From contig CAYWIK010000003.1 of the NCBI GenBank assembly GCA_964458315.1, positions 3,712 to 67,711 of the forward strand: 64,000 nucleotides of DNA, written 5' to 3'. Positions 50,523 through 60,441 of this stretch are shown here, one piece after another. Numbering within the stretch: position 1 is the stretch's first letter; the number at the start of each line of letters is the position of its first letter. This stretch comes from an uncultured Spirochaetales bacterium. GTDB taxonomy: Bacteria; Spirochaetota; Spirochaetia; SPDA01; CAZSGZ01. The notes under the pieces were generated by a model that searched no databases, had not been told where the DNA came from, and saw only the letters and a list, made by a program, of their open reading frames with translations. Made by a program: the position numbers and the translations under genes.

Positions 50523-51014
50523 ATGTCTAAGGACCACTATGAACGCCCTTCCTGGGACGACTATTTCATGGAAGTTGCCGATGCAATTTCAAAAAGGGCA
50601 ACCTGCGACAGAGGACGAAGCGGCTGCGTTATTGCCAGGGACAAACGTGTTCTCGCCACAGGATACGTAGGCGCGCCTGCGGGCCTACCCCACTGCGATG
50701 ATGTGGGACATCAATTCAAGCGTATGGTCCATGAAGACGGGACGGTGACACAGCACTGTGTCCGGACCGTCCATGCCGAACAGAACGCAATCTGCCAGGC
50801 GGCGCGGCACGGTATAAGCATCGAAGGCGCGACCCTCTACTGCCGCATGACGCCGTGCCGTATCTGCGCGATGCTCATTATCAACTGCGGAATTAAACGG
50901 GTCGTATGCGAACGTAAATATCATTCCGGGGCCGAATCGGAAGAGCTTTTTTGGCAGGCAGGCGTCACCTTAGAATATAAATACGAGGAAGTCCAACATT
51001 ACGAAAACCAATAA
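50523..51014 (+). CDS. dCMP deaminase (ComEB-type)
   Basis: 163 aa; zinc motifs HAEQNAI and PCRICA, PSWDDYFM N-terminus. Confidence 0.85.
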   Translation: MSKDHYERPSWDDYFMEVADAISKRATCDRGRSGCVIARDKRVLATGYVGAPAGLPHCDDVGHQFKRMVHEDGTVTQHCVRTVHAEQNAICQAARHGISIEGATLYCRMTPCRICAMLIINCGIKRVVCERKYHSGAESEELFWQAGVTLEYKYEEVQHYENQ

Positions 51015-51062
51015 TCGAAACACATCTTCCCCCGCGCCGCGCTCAGTGCAGAATGTGCCTGT

Positions 51063-52238
51063 TTATCTTTCCAAGTCTATGGGAAGCCACTTTGCCGGGT
51101 CCGCCATGGTCCTGTCCACCAGACCGATATCCACATCGTCGGTGAGCTCCGCTAAAAGATAGGATTTATTTTCATATTCATATCGTGCACCCTCCCCGCG
51201 AACGTCTACGGCAGCCATACTGTGTCCGTATTCAGCGGAGACAAGCAAAATGCTGTCGATCCCGAAATAGTCAAGAAGGGTACAGTAGAGGAGACCAAGG
51301 GAATCACAGTCGCCGCTCGAGGTGAGGACAGACTGGAGAGGAGACTGAAGGTCCGAAAGAGTGCCGGTACGAATGTAGGTGAATCCCTGCAGCCATTTGA
51401 GCAGCGTGACTGCTATAGTAAAATCCTTTTCTGCTCCTAATTCATCTTCAAAATGTCCGTGTAAAGTTTCGGCCAACGGCTTAAGCCGCTTGTAGGCATC
51501 ACGGTAGATAATCCGGTAATACCGCTGCCACGCCTCATGATTGGCACTTTTAAACCGGGCGAGAATGGCTGCCTCGCGTTCAATCACGATCTGCGAAGCT
51601 TCGACCTCGCCGACATCGAATTCCAGCGAAAGTTTTTTCCCCTGGAATTCGATATCGTAACGCCGCTGTTCCGGACCGGGAAAAGGGTAATAAAACTGAC
51701 TCACCGGGCCGGGGGTATGCAGCCCGCGGATTCCGATTGAAAAACCGTCGAGACATGAAAGAATGTCCGCCTGGTACCGGTCATACGCCTCCTCCGGAGC
51801 GTATGCCATCAGCATAAAAAAAACCTCGCCGCTTTGGATAGAGACCCCGTATCCCCGGACACTCGCGGTATCCATTTTAAACCGGAACTCTCCAAAACTG
51901 GCATTCCTTTCATTGTATGCAAAAGACGCCTGCTCCACCGTCGCTCGGATAGAGTCCGCGGTACGCCGGAAAACCGCCTCCGGAGTGTCCCCTCCTCCGG
52001 CGGGAGTAACCGCAAGAATCTGAAAGACCGACTGCCGCTGATTATCGCTGAAAACGATAAAATCAGGGTCCGAAGCGTCCTGGACATCCCAGGTCTCAGG
52101 GATGTTTACATAATAATCGTGCTGTTCTAGATAATACTCTTTTGCAGGAATGAACGGGGAAACGACAAAAAACAGAAGAAAAATAAAGATGTCGGACAAA
52201 CGCTTCATACTATAAAGAATATCACATTTCTTTTTCAT
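51063..52238 (-). CDS. hypothetical secreted protein with possible transglutaminase-like Cys/His/Asp core
   Basis: 391 aa; signal peptide; C-terminal SSGDCDSLGLLYCTLLDYFGI...YGHSMAAV...DDVD. Confidence 0.5.
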   Translation of the reverse strand: MKKKCDILYSMKRLSDIFIFLLFFVVSPFIPAKEYYLEQHDYYVNIPETWDVQDASDPDFIVFSDNQRQSVFQILAVTPAGGGDTPEAVFRRTADSIRATVEQASFAYNERNASFGEFRFKMDTASVRGYGVSIQSGEVFFMLMAYAPEEAYDRYQADILSCLDGFSIGIRGLHTPGPVSQFYYPFPGPEQRRYDIEFQGKKLSLEFDVGEVEASQIVIEREAAILARFKSANHEAWQRYYRIIYRDAYKRLKPLAETLHGHFEDELGAEKDFTIAVTLLKWLQGFTYIRTGTLSDLQSPLQSVLTSSGDCDSLGLLYCTLLDYFGIDSILLVSAEYGHSMAAVDVRGEGARYEYENKSYLLAELTDDVDIGLVDRTMADPAKWLPIDLER

Positions 52239-52279
52239 TTTTCTATACGGCCCCCTATTTTTCTGGTAATTTAGACAAT

Positions 52280-54661
52280 ATGAAAAATTATCTCATTATA
52301 CACGGTCATTTTTATCAGCCGCCGCGGGAGGAACCGGATACGGGCGTCATTCCAAGACAACCTTCCGCGTCCCCCTATAAAAACTGGAACGAAAAAATTA
52401 CCCGGGAATGTTACGCCGCCAATGCTTTTTCCAGGGTCCTCGGACCGGATGGAAGAATAACGGAAATCATCAATAATTATCAGTATCTCTCCTTTAACTT
52501 CGGCCCTACCCTTTTCCATTGGATCAGGGAAAAAGCGCCGAAAGTATATGATCGTATTCTCGAGGCAGACCGGGTAAGTATTGAACGGAACAACGGACAC
52601 GGCAACGGAATCGCCCAGGGATATAACCATACCATCCTCCCGCTGGATTCCCCGGTAAACCTCGAAACCCAGATTGCTTGGGGGCTGGAAGACTTCCGCT
52701 TCCACTTCGGACGGGAAACGGAAGGAATCTGGCTGCCGGAAACCGCCGTAAATGAGCGTGTTCTCGACTCTCTGATTGAGCGGGGGATCAAATTTATCAT
52801 TTTGAGCCCCTGGCAGGCGGCGGGGTGGCGCGCTGCAGATGAAAAAAGATGGCACGAAGTAAATGACCAGCCCATATCTTCCGATCGGGTTTATTTTATC
52901 AAACGCCCGGGAGGAAGCATTTCCGTTTTTTTTTACAATCATGCCCTCGCCTCGGGCATTTCGTTTAACCATTTCCTGCACAATGCGGATACACTCTACG
53001 AGAAACTGCTCTCCTTTGCCGATTTCAAGCGGAAGGGACACCTGATCAATATAGCCACCGACGGTGAAATCTACGGCCACCATGAGCCCTACGGCGATAT
53101 GTGTGTCGCGGCACTTTCGAAAAAAATCCTGCAAAAGAAGGAGTTTGTCCACACCAATTACGGTTTTTATCTCGAACTGTTTCCCCCTGTCGCAGAAGTC
53201 CGCCTTAAAAAAGGTGAAGAAGAACGGGGGACGTCCTGGAGCTGTCATCACGGTGTTTCAAGATGGTACAAAGACTGCGGCTGCTCTACAGGCAGCAGGG
53301 AAGAGTGGAACCAGAAGTGGCGGACACCCCTGCGGGAGGCTTTCACCGATTTGTTCGAAAAAACGTACGCGCTGTACGAAGAACGGATGAAAACTCTTAG
53401 CAACACCGATCCGAAAAAAATACGGGACCGCTATGTTTCGGTTTTGACCGGCGCTGTTCCGCCTTCCGAGTTTGCCCGCACCTATCTTCCGCCTGAAAAG
53501 TCGGAGGACGATGAAAGCCGGATTCAGTTTCTCTCTCTCTTAGAAGGACAAAAATACGCGATGTTCATGTTTACTTCCTGCGGCTGGTTTTTTGCAGACA
53601 TCTCCGGCTTAGAACCGGTACAAAACATTAGATATGCGTATACGGCCATCCAATTTTACCGTTCTTTCTCCTCGGAAGACCTGCTTACCGGGCTGAAGGA
53701 CCACTTGTCCCGAACCCGAAGTAATATCGATTCCCTCGGCACCGGAAAGGAAATCATGCAAAAGCGGGTCATAGGGCGACGGCGGGATATTCCCTTCATC
53801 GCTGCCGTTTTCACTGCTCTGCTGACCATACAAGACAAAAAAGCGGACCATCGGTTCGGGAATTTTATATGTACTGAGATTAAAAGCCGCAAAGATGATG
53901 AGCTCGCCGTTACATTTCAACGCAAATATACGGAACAGCGTTACCAATACGCTGCCTCCATAACAGGCAGAGACGACGGCACATACACCGTGACGGTTAA
54001 CGGCGGCTCTTTAAAAAAGCCGGAAAAGATATCAGGTTATAAGCTTCCGTTCTACGTTCGGGAATTGCTGTACCGTCACCTTTCCACAGAAACCGCTGCC
54101 CTTTGCAGGCAATTAGAAAAAGAAACCCTGGATTTGCTCGAACATAATTTTGCCACAAGCAGATCGTTGAAGGTCCCGGCTTCGGAACTGATGCGGGCCG
54201 CCGCGGAGGCATTCCTTTTAAGCAGGCTCAATACGATCACCACCGGAGACGGTGGAATTAAATTCGCCGAGTTGAACCCCTTTATTCGCGCCCTCACGCT
54301 TCTGCATCAACACAACGTGCAGTTTGAAAGGGAAGAAGTCAAAAAAAGTGTATCCCTGATCCTTTCCCGGTGGATTGAAAAAATCATAGAAACCCCCGCG
54401 GAAGAAGATATTAAAACTTGTTTGTATCTCTTGAAAGGTCTGCGGCAGGGGGACATTGAGCCGGACCTTACGGTTCCACAAAATTTTCTCTACGGATATC
54501 TCCGCACCATGAGTTTTACCCTTGCCAAGGACCAAGAAGCCGGCTCCCCGGACCGGGAGACACTGAAGCTGCTGCCGATGATAGCAAGACTCGGGAACCA
54601 AATCGGACTTGACGCGGATCGAATGATCGATCAATTTACTTCTCGACAAGAAAAATCATGA
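52280..54661 (+). CDS. glycoside hydrolase family 57 alpha-glucan enzyme with C-terminal DUF3536-like extension
   Basis: 793 aa; GH57 N-terminus HGHFYQPPRE, catalytic-region WLPE(T)A, DGE...GHH. Confidence 0.8.
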   Translation: MKNYLIIHGHFYQPPREEPDTGVIPRQPSASPYKNWNEKITRECYAANAFSRVLGPDGRITEIINNYQYLSFNFGPTLFHWIREKAPKVYDRILEADRVSIERNNGHGNGIAQGYNHTILPLDSPVNLETQIAWGLEDFRFHFGRETEGIWLPETAVNERVLDSLIERGIKFIILSPWQAAGWRAADEKRWHEVNDQPISSDRVYFIKRPGGSISVFFYNHALASGISFNHFLHNADTLYEKLLSFADFKRKGHLINIATDGEIYGHHEPYGDMCVAALSKKILQKKEFVHTNYGFYLELFPPVAEVRLKKGEEERGTSWSCHHGVSRWYKDCGCSTGSREEWNQKWRTPLREAFTDLFEKTYALYEERMKTLSNTDPKKIRDRYVSVLTGAVPPSEFARTYLPPEKSEDDESRIQFLSLLEGQKYAMFMFTSCGWFFADISGLEPVQNIRYAYTAIQFYRSFSSEDLLTGLKDHLSRTRSNIDSLGTGKEIMQKRVIGRRRDIPFIAAVFTALLTIQDKKADHRFGNFICTEIKSRKDDELAVTFQRKYTEQRYQYAASITGRDDGTYTVTVNGGSLKKPEKISGYKLPFYVRELLYRHLSTETAALCRQLEKETLDLLEHNFATSRSLKVPASELMRAAAEAFLLSRLNTITTGDGGIKFAELNPFIRALTLLHQHNVQFEREEVKKSVSLILSRWIEKIIETPAEEDIKTCLYLLKGLRQGDIEPDLTVPQNFLYGYLRTMSFTLAKDQEAGSPDRETLKLLPMIARLGNQIGLDADRMIDQFTSRQEKS

Positions 54662-55478
54662 CATCGCCTAAGCCAAACCGCTTTGCCAGTTTATCGAAGA
54701 TTTTTTTTAGAAACGGAGGAGCGGCCCCCGCTGCCAGTCCTCCCCATGTCTTTGTCTTAAGCACTTGAAAACCGGCATGATTGAAGAGCCGAGCTAAGGT
54801 TCTTTTAGAAAAAAGGACCATATGGTCGGGAATAGCCGACCGCCATCGTTCCTTAAAAATCTTCGATTGAAATCCGTCTATATTCGGGGTTGAAATAATC
54901 GCGTATCCGCCGGGTTTGAGTATTCTTCTGATTTCTTCCATAAAAGCCGCGGGATCGCCGATATGTTCGATTACATGAGAGGCGTGTACTACATCAAAAA
55001 TCTCTCCGGGAAATCCCGCCTGCTGCAGAGTGCCGTGAAAGATCCGCAGGCCCCTATTCTCCCGTCCATATTCTACGGATTCGCCGCACACTTCCACCCC
55101 GTAGACACTTAAACCTTTTTCGTCCCTGAGATACTCCAAAAGTTTACCCGTCGCACAGCCGATATCGAGACACCGCTTTTTATCGGTGTTAGGGAACTTT
55201 AGGGATGAAAAGCCGATATCTTTCAAGCCTAACAGCATCAGATTAAAAAAAGAAATCTCATTTTCCAATTCATAAAAAAAATATTCCTTGTCGTACCGCT
55301 CGAGAAGATGCCGGTTGGTCGGCATGGGATTTTGGAATACCATCCCGCATTCGGAACACTTCATAAAACGTGCTCCCGCAATATCGTATAAAAACCTATG
55401 GTCGAGGGCGCCGCATAAAACACAATGCACGAAATGCAGATCTTCGCGCTCTTTCGGTAGATTGGAATAGGTCTTCAT
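54636..55478 (-). CDS. class I SAM-dependent methyltransferase with N-terminal zinc ribbon
   Basis: 280 aa; CxxC...CxxC (CVLCG...CSECG), SAM motif I LDIGCATGKL, methyltransferase type 11/12 fold. Confidence 0.75.
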   Translation of the reverse strand: MKTYSNLPKEREDLHFVHCVLCGALDHRFLYDIAGARFMKCSECGMVFQNPMPTNRHLLERYDKEYFFYELENEISFFNLMLLGLKDIGFSSLKFPNTDKKRCLDIGCATGKLLEYLRDEKGLSVYGVEVCGESVEYGRENRGLRIFHGTLQQAGFPGEIFDVVHASHVIEHIGDPAAFMEEIRRILKPGGYAIISTPNIDGFQSKIFKERWRSAIPDHMVLFSKRTLARLFNHAGFQVLKTKTWGGLAAGAAPPFLKKIFDKLAKRFGLGDVMIFLVEK

Positions 55479-55485
55479 CCCTAAC

Positions 55486-56364
55486 TTATCCCGTCACCTC
55501 GAACTGATAGATTACCGAAGTTTCATTCCCCGCATAATCACGAACAATAATCTCAATGCTTGTTTTTCCCGGAATAAGGTTCAGCTTATCCAGCTGCATC
55601 GTTTGTTTGCCGATATAGAGTTCCTCATAATCATTCTTTTCGGATGAACGCATAATAAGCCGTCCGTTCAATTCTTGGAGAGCCTCAAAAACGATTTTTT
55701 TTACCTCGCTGCCGTTTAAAAAAACGGAAACGGCAAACGGGGCCATGGGCGTCCAAACGTTCGAGTACTGACTCGGGTCGAATATTTCAGCGGCCAGGGC
55801 ATAGTCCCCCGTCTCGACGACGATGTCATTTTCCAATAAAATGACGGTGTCCCCGTATTTAAGCTCGGCATTTCGAACGACCGGCTCTCGGTCGTCGAGG
55901 ACTGATGGAAGGACGAGAAGGGGATTCACGATTTGATGAAACTCCGAATCGAAGACAGCGAAAGCCAGCTGGTTCCCGTAGGTCCATCCTGATCCGCCGA
56001 TATGGCCGATATAATCCCGGTTTCCGACCCGGTAGTTTTCATCTCCACCGGAGTCGAGAGACAATCCTTCCAAATGACCGTAAAGACTCTTAAGCCCCTT
56101 CGGATGTTCTATAATTACCATATTACCGAGACCGCAGGGTAAAGCGCTCTGCTTCTGCTCTTCGTTCCAGTAGTATACCATTTCCCCTTCGTCGGCAGCC
56201 CATACTGCCCGGTCCTTTCCGGCAAGCCGTAAACCGACGGCAAAATGGGTTCCCTCATTCGTACCGAAAGTAGTTATTAGATTGCGTTCTTTAACCGGCC
56301 AGTCGAAGGCGGAACATACAAGAGGAAGTGCAATCAAAATGCAGAAAGCAACCATCCGTCTCAA
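55486..56364 (-). CDS. secreted M23/LytM-family peptidase
   Basis: 292 aa; signal peptide; GNMVIIEHPKGLKSLYGHL and HIGGSG LytM motifs. Confidence 0.65.
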   Translation of the reverse strand: MRRMVAFCILIALPLVCSAFDWPVKERNLITTFGTNEGTHFAVGLRLAGKDRAVWAADEGEMVYYWNEEQKQSALPCGLGNMVIIEHPKGLKSLYGHLEGLSLDSGGDENYRVGNRDYIGHIGGSGWTYGNQLAFAVFDSEFHQIVNPLLVLPSVLDDREPVVRNAELKYGDTVILLENDIVVETGDYALAAEIFDPSQYSNVWTPMAPFAVSVFLNGSEVKKIVFEALQELNGRLIMRSSEKNDYEELYIGKQTMQLDKLNLIPGKTSIEIIVRDYAGNETSVIYQFEVTG

Positions 56365-57482
56365 TTTACCTCTCCCCGTATATCGATTTTTTTGATCTTC
56401 TCTTTTTCCGTGAAAAACAAACTTCCCTTATGGAAATGAAAATAGGTATCTTGCAACATACGAAAATATGAGAGCGGCATTCCGCCGGTAGTATAAATAT
56501 CAAGGCTCCCCCCGCCGTCGCCTGCATGGTTGATCATGATAAGCTGTTCTTTTTCGTAAAGAATGACCTTCCTTGGAACGCCGCTTATCTTGAAAACCGA
56601 CGTCTCTTTTCTCGAGATGTCATGTTGGACGAGCCTCCCCGGCTGTTCATAAAACAGTATCTTCTCATCGAGGAATTGTATAAATGTTTCTCTTCGATAA
56701 TTCCCCCCCGGTATTTCGGAATAATGAGGACGATACCCGGTTTCCCCCCGTCTATAGATCACCAAACGCTGCGGGTCGATTCCCATCATTACCGCGAAAA
56801 ATTCCTCACCGGGCGCAAGGGCTAAACCGTAAATGACGCGTATCCGGCTTCCTGTCGGGATGTCTCTAAAAACTTCCTTCGTTTCTCTATCTAAAAGCAT
56901 TATTTCCCCGTTCAAAAAACCGACGATCACATGCTCTTCGTTACAATCGAATGCAGTTATAATGGAGGAAAATCTTCTCTCCCAAATTATATTTCCTTGT
57001 ATATCCCACTCCGACATTCCGCACCGGTCTTTGTCGATAACAAAAAGCCTATTGTTCATAACCGTCGGGTACCCTGTTGTGGATATTGCCTGGATGATTT
57101 TTCCCGAAATATCCTTTACAAGTAAATTTTCCGTAACCGCGGCATAGTTTATGAAATACTCTTCGGAAAACGTTACATTGTAAAAGATTGGTTCAGTATA
57201 GACGATTTCACCGTGCGATGTGATATATCCGAAATGGCTTCCTGATCGAAACGGAACGATTTCTTGTAACTTATGCTCCGGGACCTCGTCGTAATTTGAG
57301 CGTATAGCTGTTTCCCAGGATCCGGTGAAGGAGGGTTCGGGAGCGTAAGTTTTTGGAAAGAATATGATAAACAGAAGAGAACACCCTAGGGCGATAAAAA
57401 ATACTCTTCCACGTCTCTTTTTCATGATACTCCCGCAATTCCGGTTGTGCAAAGACGCCTTATGCCCTTGACCCGATTGCAT
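56361..57482 (-). CDS. hypothetical membrane-anchored beta-propeller-like protein (start likely MKKRRGRVFF)
   Basis: 373 aa; signal anchor, repeated beta-strand-rich segments; overlaps the M23 peptidase gene by 4 nt. Confidence 0.5.
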   Translation of the reverse strand: MQSGQGHKASLHNRNCGSIMKKRRGRVFFIALGCSLLFIIFFPKTYAPEPSFTGSWETAIRSNYDEVPEHKLQEIVPFRSGSHFGYITSHGEIVYTEPIFYNVTFSEEYFINYAAVTENLLVKDISGKIIQAISTTGYPTVMNNRLFVIDKDRCGMSEWDIQGNIIWERRFSSIITAFDCNEEHVIVGFLNGEIMLLDRETKEVFRDIPTGSRIRVIYGLALAPGEEFFAVMMGIDPQRLVIYRRGETGYRPHYSEIPGGNYRRETFIQFLDEKILFYEQPGRLVQHDISRKETSVFKISGVPRKVILYEKEQLIMINHAGDGGGSLDIYTTGGMPLSYFRMLQDTYFHFHKGSLFFTEKEKIKKIDIRGEVN

Positions 57483-57526
57483 CCTATACTAATCTGTGAC
57501 ATACTGTCAACGAAACCGGTTATTCT

Positions 57527-57925
57527 ATGGACCCGACACTGCTTTTGGAAGCCGCAAAATCAGCGGCACAATATTCTTATTCACCCTACTCCGGATTTCG
57601 CGTGGGCGCCGCGCTGCTCTGCGCCGACGGTAACGTCTATACCGGCGTAAATGTTGAAAATGCTTCCTACGGGCTTACCAACTGCGCGGAACGCTCGGCT
57701 GTTTTTTCGGCTGTAAGCAGCGGTAAAAAGGATTTTACGGCTATTGCAATCTACAGCCCCGACTCGACCCTCCCGGTACCTCCCTGCGGCGCCTGCAGAC
57801 AGGTTCTGAGCGAGTTCGTCGACCATGAGTTTCCTGTTCATTATGGGGGAACAAACGGTAAAATCCGCACCATGCGGTTCTCCGACATTTTTCCGGAATC
57901 GAGTTTACCCGATTTAATCAAATAA
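57527..57925 (+). CDS. cdd: cytidine deaminase
   Basis: 132 aa; CAERSA and PCGACRQ zinc motifs. Confidence 0.85.
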   Translation: MDPTLLLEAAKSAAQYSYSPYSGFRVGAALLCADGNVYTGVNVENASYGLTNCAERSAVFSAVSSGKKDFTAIAIYSPDSTLPVPPCGACRQVLSEFVDHEFPVHYGGTNGKIRTMRFSDIFPESSLPDLIK

Positions 57926-57930
57926 CCCTT

Positions 57931-58731
57931 TCATTTCTTTTTGTCCAACTTGCGGGCGTCATCTTCGAGCTTTGCTTTCCACACATCTATTTTCCGCTTT
58001 ATCTTTTCGCTCTCTTCCACTTCACCGAAAAGAACAAGCAGCCTTCGAAGAGCGGAAAGGTAATTAATTGCAAGCTGAAAATCATCGGTCCTGAGGATTT
58101 GTTCATATTTCATTCGGTACTGGTCTGCGGTATGCTCGAGCAGTTTCTTTACACGTTCTAAATAGTCCAGACGGGCTTCATATCCCTCCACCCTGGGGTC
58201 CATCCCGGAAATAAATGTTTTCAAATTCATCAGGTTTTTTGATACGGTGGCATAGCGGCCTTCCAGCTCTACAAAGGACCATTTCCACTTGGTATTTTCA
58301 CCGAATCCGTCTTTCACCGATTGGATGCTGAAACCGAGCTTTTGTACCAGTTTATATCGCTGCGCATCATCGAAGGTTTCAATTTTCTCGATTTTTTCCT
58401 CGTATTCGGAAAAAGGAACATCGATATAGCCGGAAACAGTCTCTTCGAGATAAATAATACTTTTATACAAATCTTTTCTCGCGTCGTTTAAAAAAGCTTC
58501 ATTTTTTATGCCCAGAAGCGTGAGAGAAAGTTTATTCATTAAGATGTAGAAGGATGTCCGGTTCAATACTTCATCCGCAAGCATCACTTTTTTATACTCC
58601 GCCCCGTTTTCATCACCTTCTAAGGTGCCGGCAATATTCTTTTCCCTTTTCTGCATTTCTTCGATAATCTGTTTGTATTCCTTGATTTTATCGAAATATT
58701 TTTTTCTGGCTTCCGTGCTGATCTTTCCCAC
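57931..58731 (-). CDS. hypothetical coiled-coil protein (downstream of recN)
   Basis: 266 aa; Lys/Glu-rich helical protein, no recognisable domain. Confidence 0.5.
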   Translation of the reverse strand: MGKISTEARKKYFDKIKEYKQIIEEMQKREKNIAGTLEGDENGAEYKKVMLADEVLNRTSFYILMNKLSLTLLGIKNEAFLNDARKDLYKSIIYLEETVSGYIDVPFSEYEEKIEKIETFDDAQRYKLVQKLGFSIQSVKDGFGENTKWKWSFVELEGRYATVSKNLMNLKTFISGMDPRVEGYEARLDYLERVKKLLEHTADQYRMKYEQILRTDDFQLAINYLSALRRLLVLFGEVEESEKIKRKIDVWKAKLEDDARKLDKKK

Positions 58732-58743
58732 TGCTCACCCTCC

Positions 58744-60441
58744 TCATCTCGTTTCCAGATGATGAAATTCTTTTAACATCTCCGCTGCATGACTCAGGGA
58801 AGCATCCCTGTTTGTGTCACCGGAAAGCATCCGGGCAATCTCCCGTACACGGTCCTGCCCTTCGAGACTTTTCAATTCGGTGACGGTTCGGTTGTCTTTC
58901 GTTTTCTTCTCTACCGTTATATGATTATCGGCACGTACGGCAATCGATGCAAGGTGGGTAATACAGAGTACCTGTTTATGGGCAGCAAGTCGGTGCAGAT
59001 ATTCACCAACCTGCAGCGCCACCTCCCCGCCGATTCCGGCGTCTATTTCGTCGAATATAAGCGTATCGATGATATCCAATTCTGAAAGCACCGATTTTAT
59101 CGCAAGCATGATCCGGGACATTTCTCCTCCGGAGGCGATCTGCTTGAGAGGTTTTTGCGGTTCACCTTGATTCGGTGAGATCAGAAACTCCACCCGGTCG
59201 AATCCGTAGGCGCCGCACACAGCTTTTCCCTGCTGATTTTCCTTTTTCTTAAGGTCAATGGCAAAAACGGCATTCGGCATCCCGAGGCGCTTCAGGTTTT
59301 CTTCGATCCGCTGCTCCAGTTCTTTAGCTCCGGCTTTACGTTTTTCGGACAATTCGGTCGCCTGGGAAGAGAGATTTTTTTCAAGTTGTTTGAGCTCCGC
59401 CTTAAGGGTTTCCTTTACTTCTTCCCAATTTTCCATTGTCTCGAGGCTTTCCTTGCTTTTTTCGAGGTACCCAAGAATTTCCGGTATATTGTCTCCGTAC
59501 TTTTTCTCTAAATTGTGTACCAGCGCAAGCCGCTGCTCGAGGCTTTCTAATTTTTCCGGATCGAATTGAATGGTGTCGCGATATTCTCGTATCGATTCGC
59601 TCACGTCCTCTACATCGTAGAAAGCGGTTTCGAGGCGGGTATAGAGGTCTTTCAATTTCGGATCGATCCTTGCAACCTCATCCAGCGCTTTCATACTTTT
59701 GCGCAAATGGGCCAGCGAACCTCCCCGGTTTTCCGCCGTGGCGTCGTAAATCTCATCGATGAGAGTAAAAAGCTTCTCATGGTCGCTTAAAATCCGGATT
59801 TGCTGTTCCAGTTCTTCCTCTTCCCCTTCCTTGAGCCCCGCTTTTTCGATCTCCGTTACGGCAAACTGAAGGATGTCCGCTTCCCGAAGCCGCTCCCGTT
59901 CCGAAGAGACCAGGTCTTCATACTGCTGCCGTTTTTCCGTCAGCCGCGTAAATAGAGAATGGACCGAATCCGCCAATCCTTCGGCGCCGGAAAACCGGTC
60001 GAGGGTTTTTCGATGGTTCTCAACCGAAAGCAGAGACTGGTGTTCGTGCTGTCCGTGAAGGTCAAAGAGGAATGAGGTCAGTTCCTGCAAATCTTGTTTC
60101 GTCATTGAAGCGGATTGAATGAAAACCGGGCCCCTTCCCGACCGTTTTAAAATACGGCGGAGAATAAGCACTCCCTCTTCCGGCTCAATTCCTTTCTCCT
60201 CGAGCCATTTGAGAGCATCTTTATTCCCCCCCATATTGATCATACCGGTTACCTCCGCTTCATCGGTCCCGGTTCGAATGGATTCAATATCCCCTTTTTC
60301 ACCGAGTAAAAGGCTTAACGCACCGATAAGGATAGACTTTCCGGCACCGGTCTCTCCGGAAAGGACATTAAACCCCTTGGTAAGATTCATGTTGAGGGAA
60401 TCGATCAATGCGTACCCCCGGACGGATAATTCTTCAAGCAT
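58744..60441 (-). CDS. recN: DNA repair protein RecN
   Basis: 565 aa; Walker A GETGAGKS, long coiled-coil, C-terminal signature/Walker B (LIFDEIDAGIGG). Confidence 0.9.
   Translation of the reverse strand: MLEELSVRGYALIDSLNMNLTKGFNVLSGETGAGKSILIGALSLLLGEKGDIESIRTGTDEAEVTGMINMGGNKDALKWLEEKGIEPEEGVLILRRILKRSGRGPVFIQSASMTKQDLQELTSFLFDLHGQHEHQSLLSVENHRKTLDRFSGAEGLADSVHSLFTRLTEKRQQYEDLVSSERERLREADILQFAVTEIEKAGLKEGEEEELEQQIRILSDHEKLFTLIDEIYDATAENRGGSLAHLRKSMKALDEVARIDPKLKDLYTRLETAFYDVEDVSESIREYRDTIQFDPEKLESLEQRLALVHNLEKKYGDNIPEILGYLEKSKESLETMENWEEVKETLKAELKQLEKNLSSQATELSEKRKAGAKELEQRIEENLKRLGMPNAVFAIDLKKKENQQGKAVCGAYGFDRVEFLISPNQGEPQKPLKQIASGGEMSRIMLAIKSVLSELDIIDTLIFDEIDAGIGGEVALQVGEYLHRLAAHKQVLCITHLASIAVRADNHITVEKKTKDNRTVTELKSLEGQDRVREIARMLSGDTNRDASLSHAAEMLKEFHHLETR

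Noticed and set aside
52271-53251. 326-aa minus-strand ORF inside the GH57 gene
   Set aside because: It is antisense to the GH57 catalytic domain (HGHFYQPPRE...). The translation is not protein-like.
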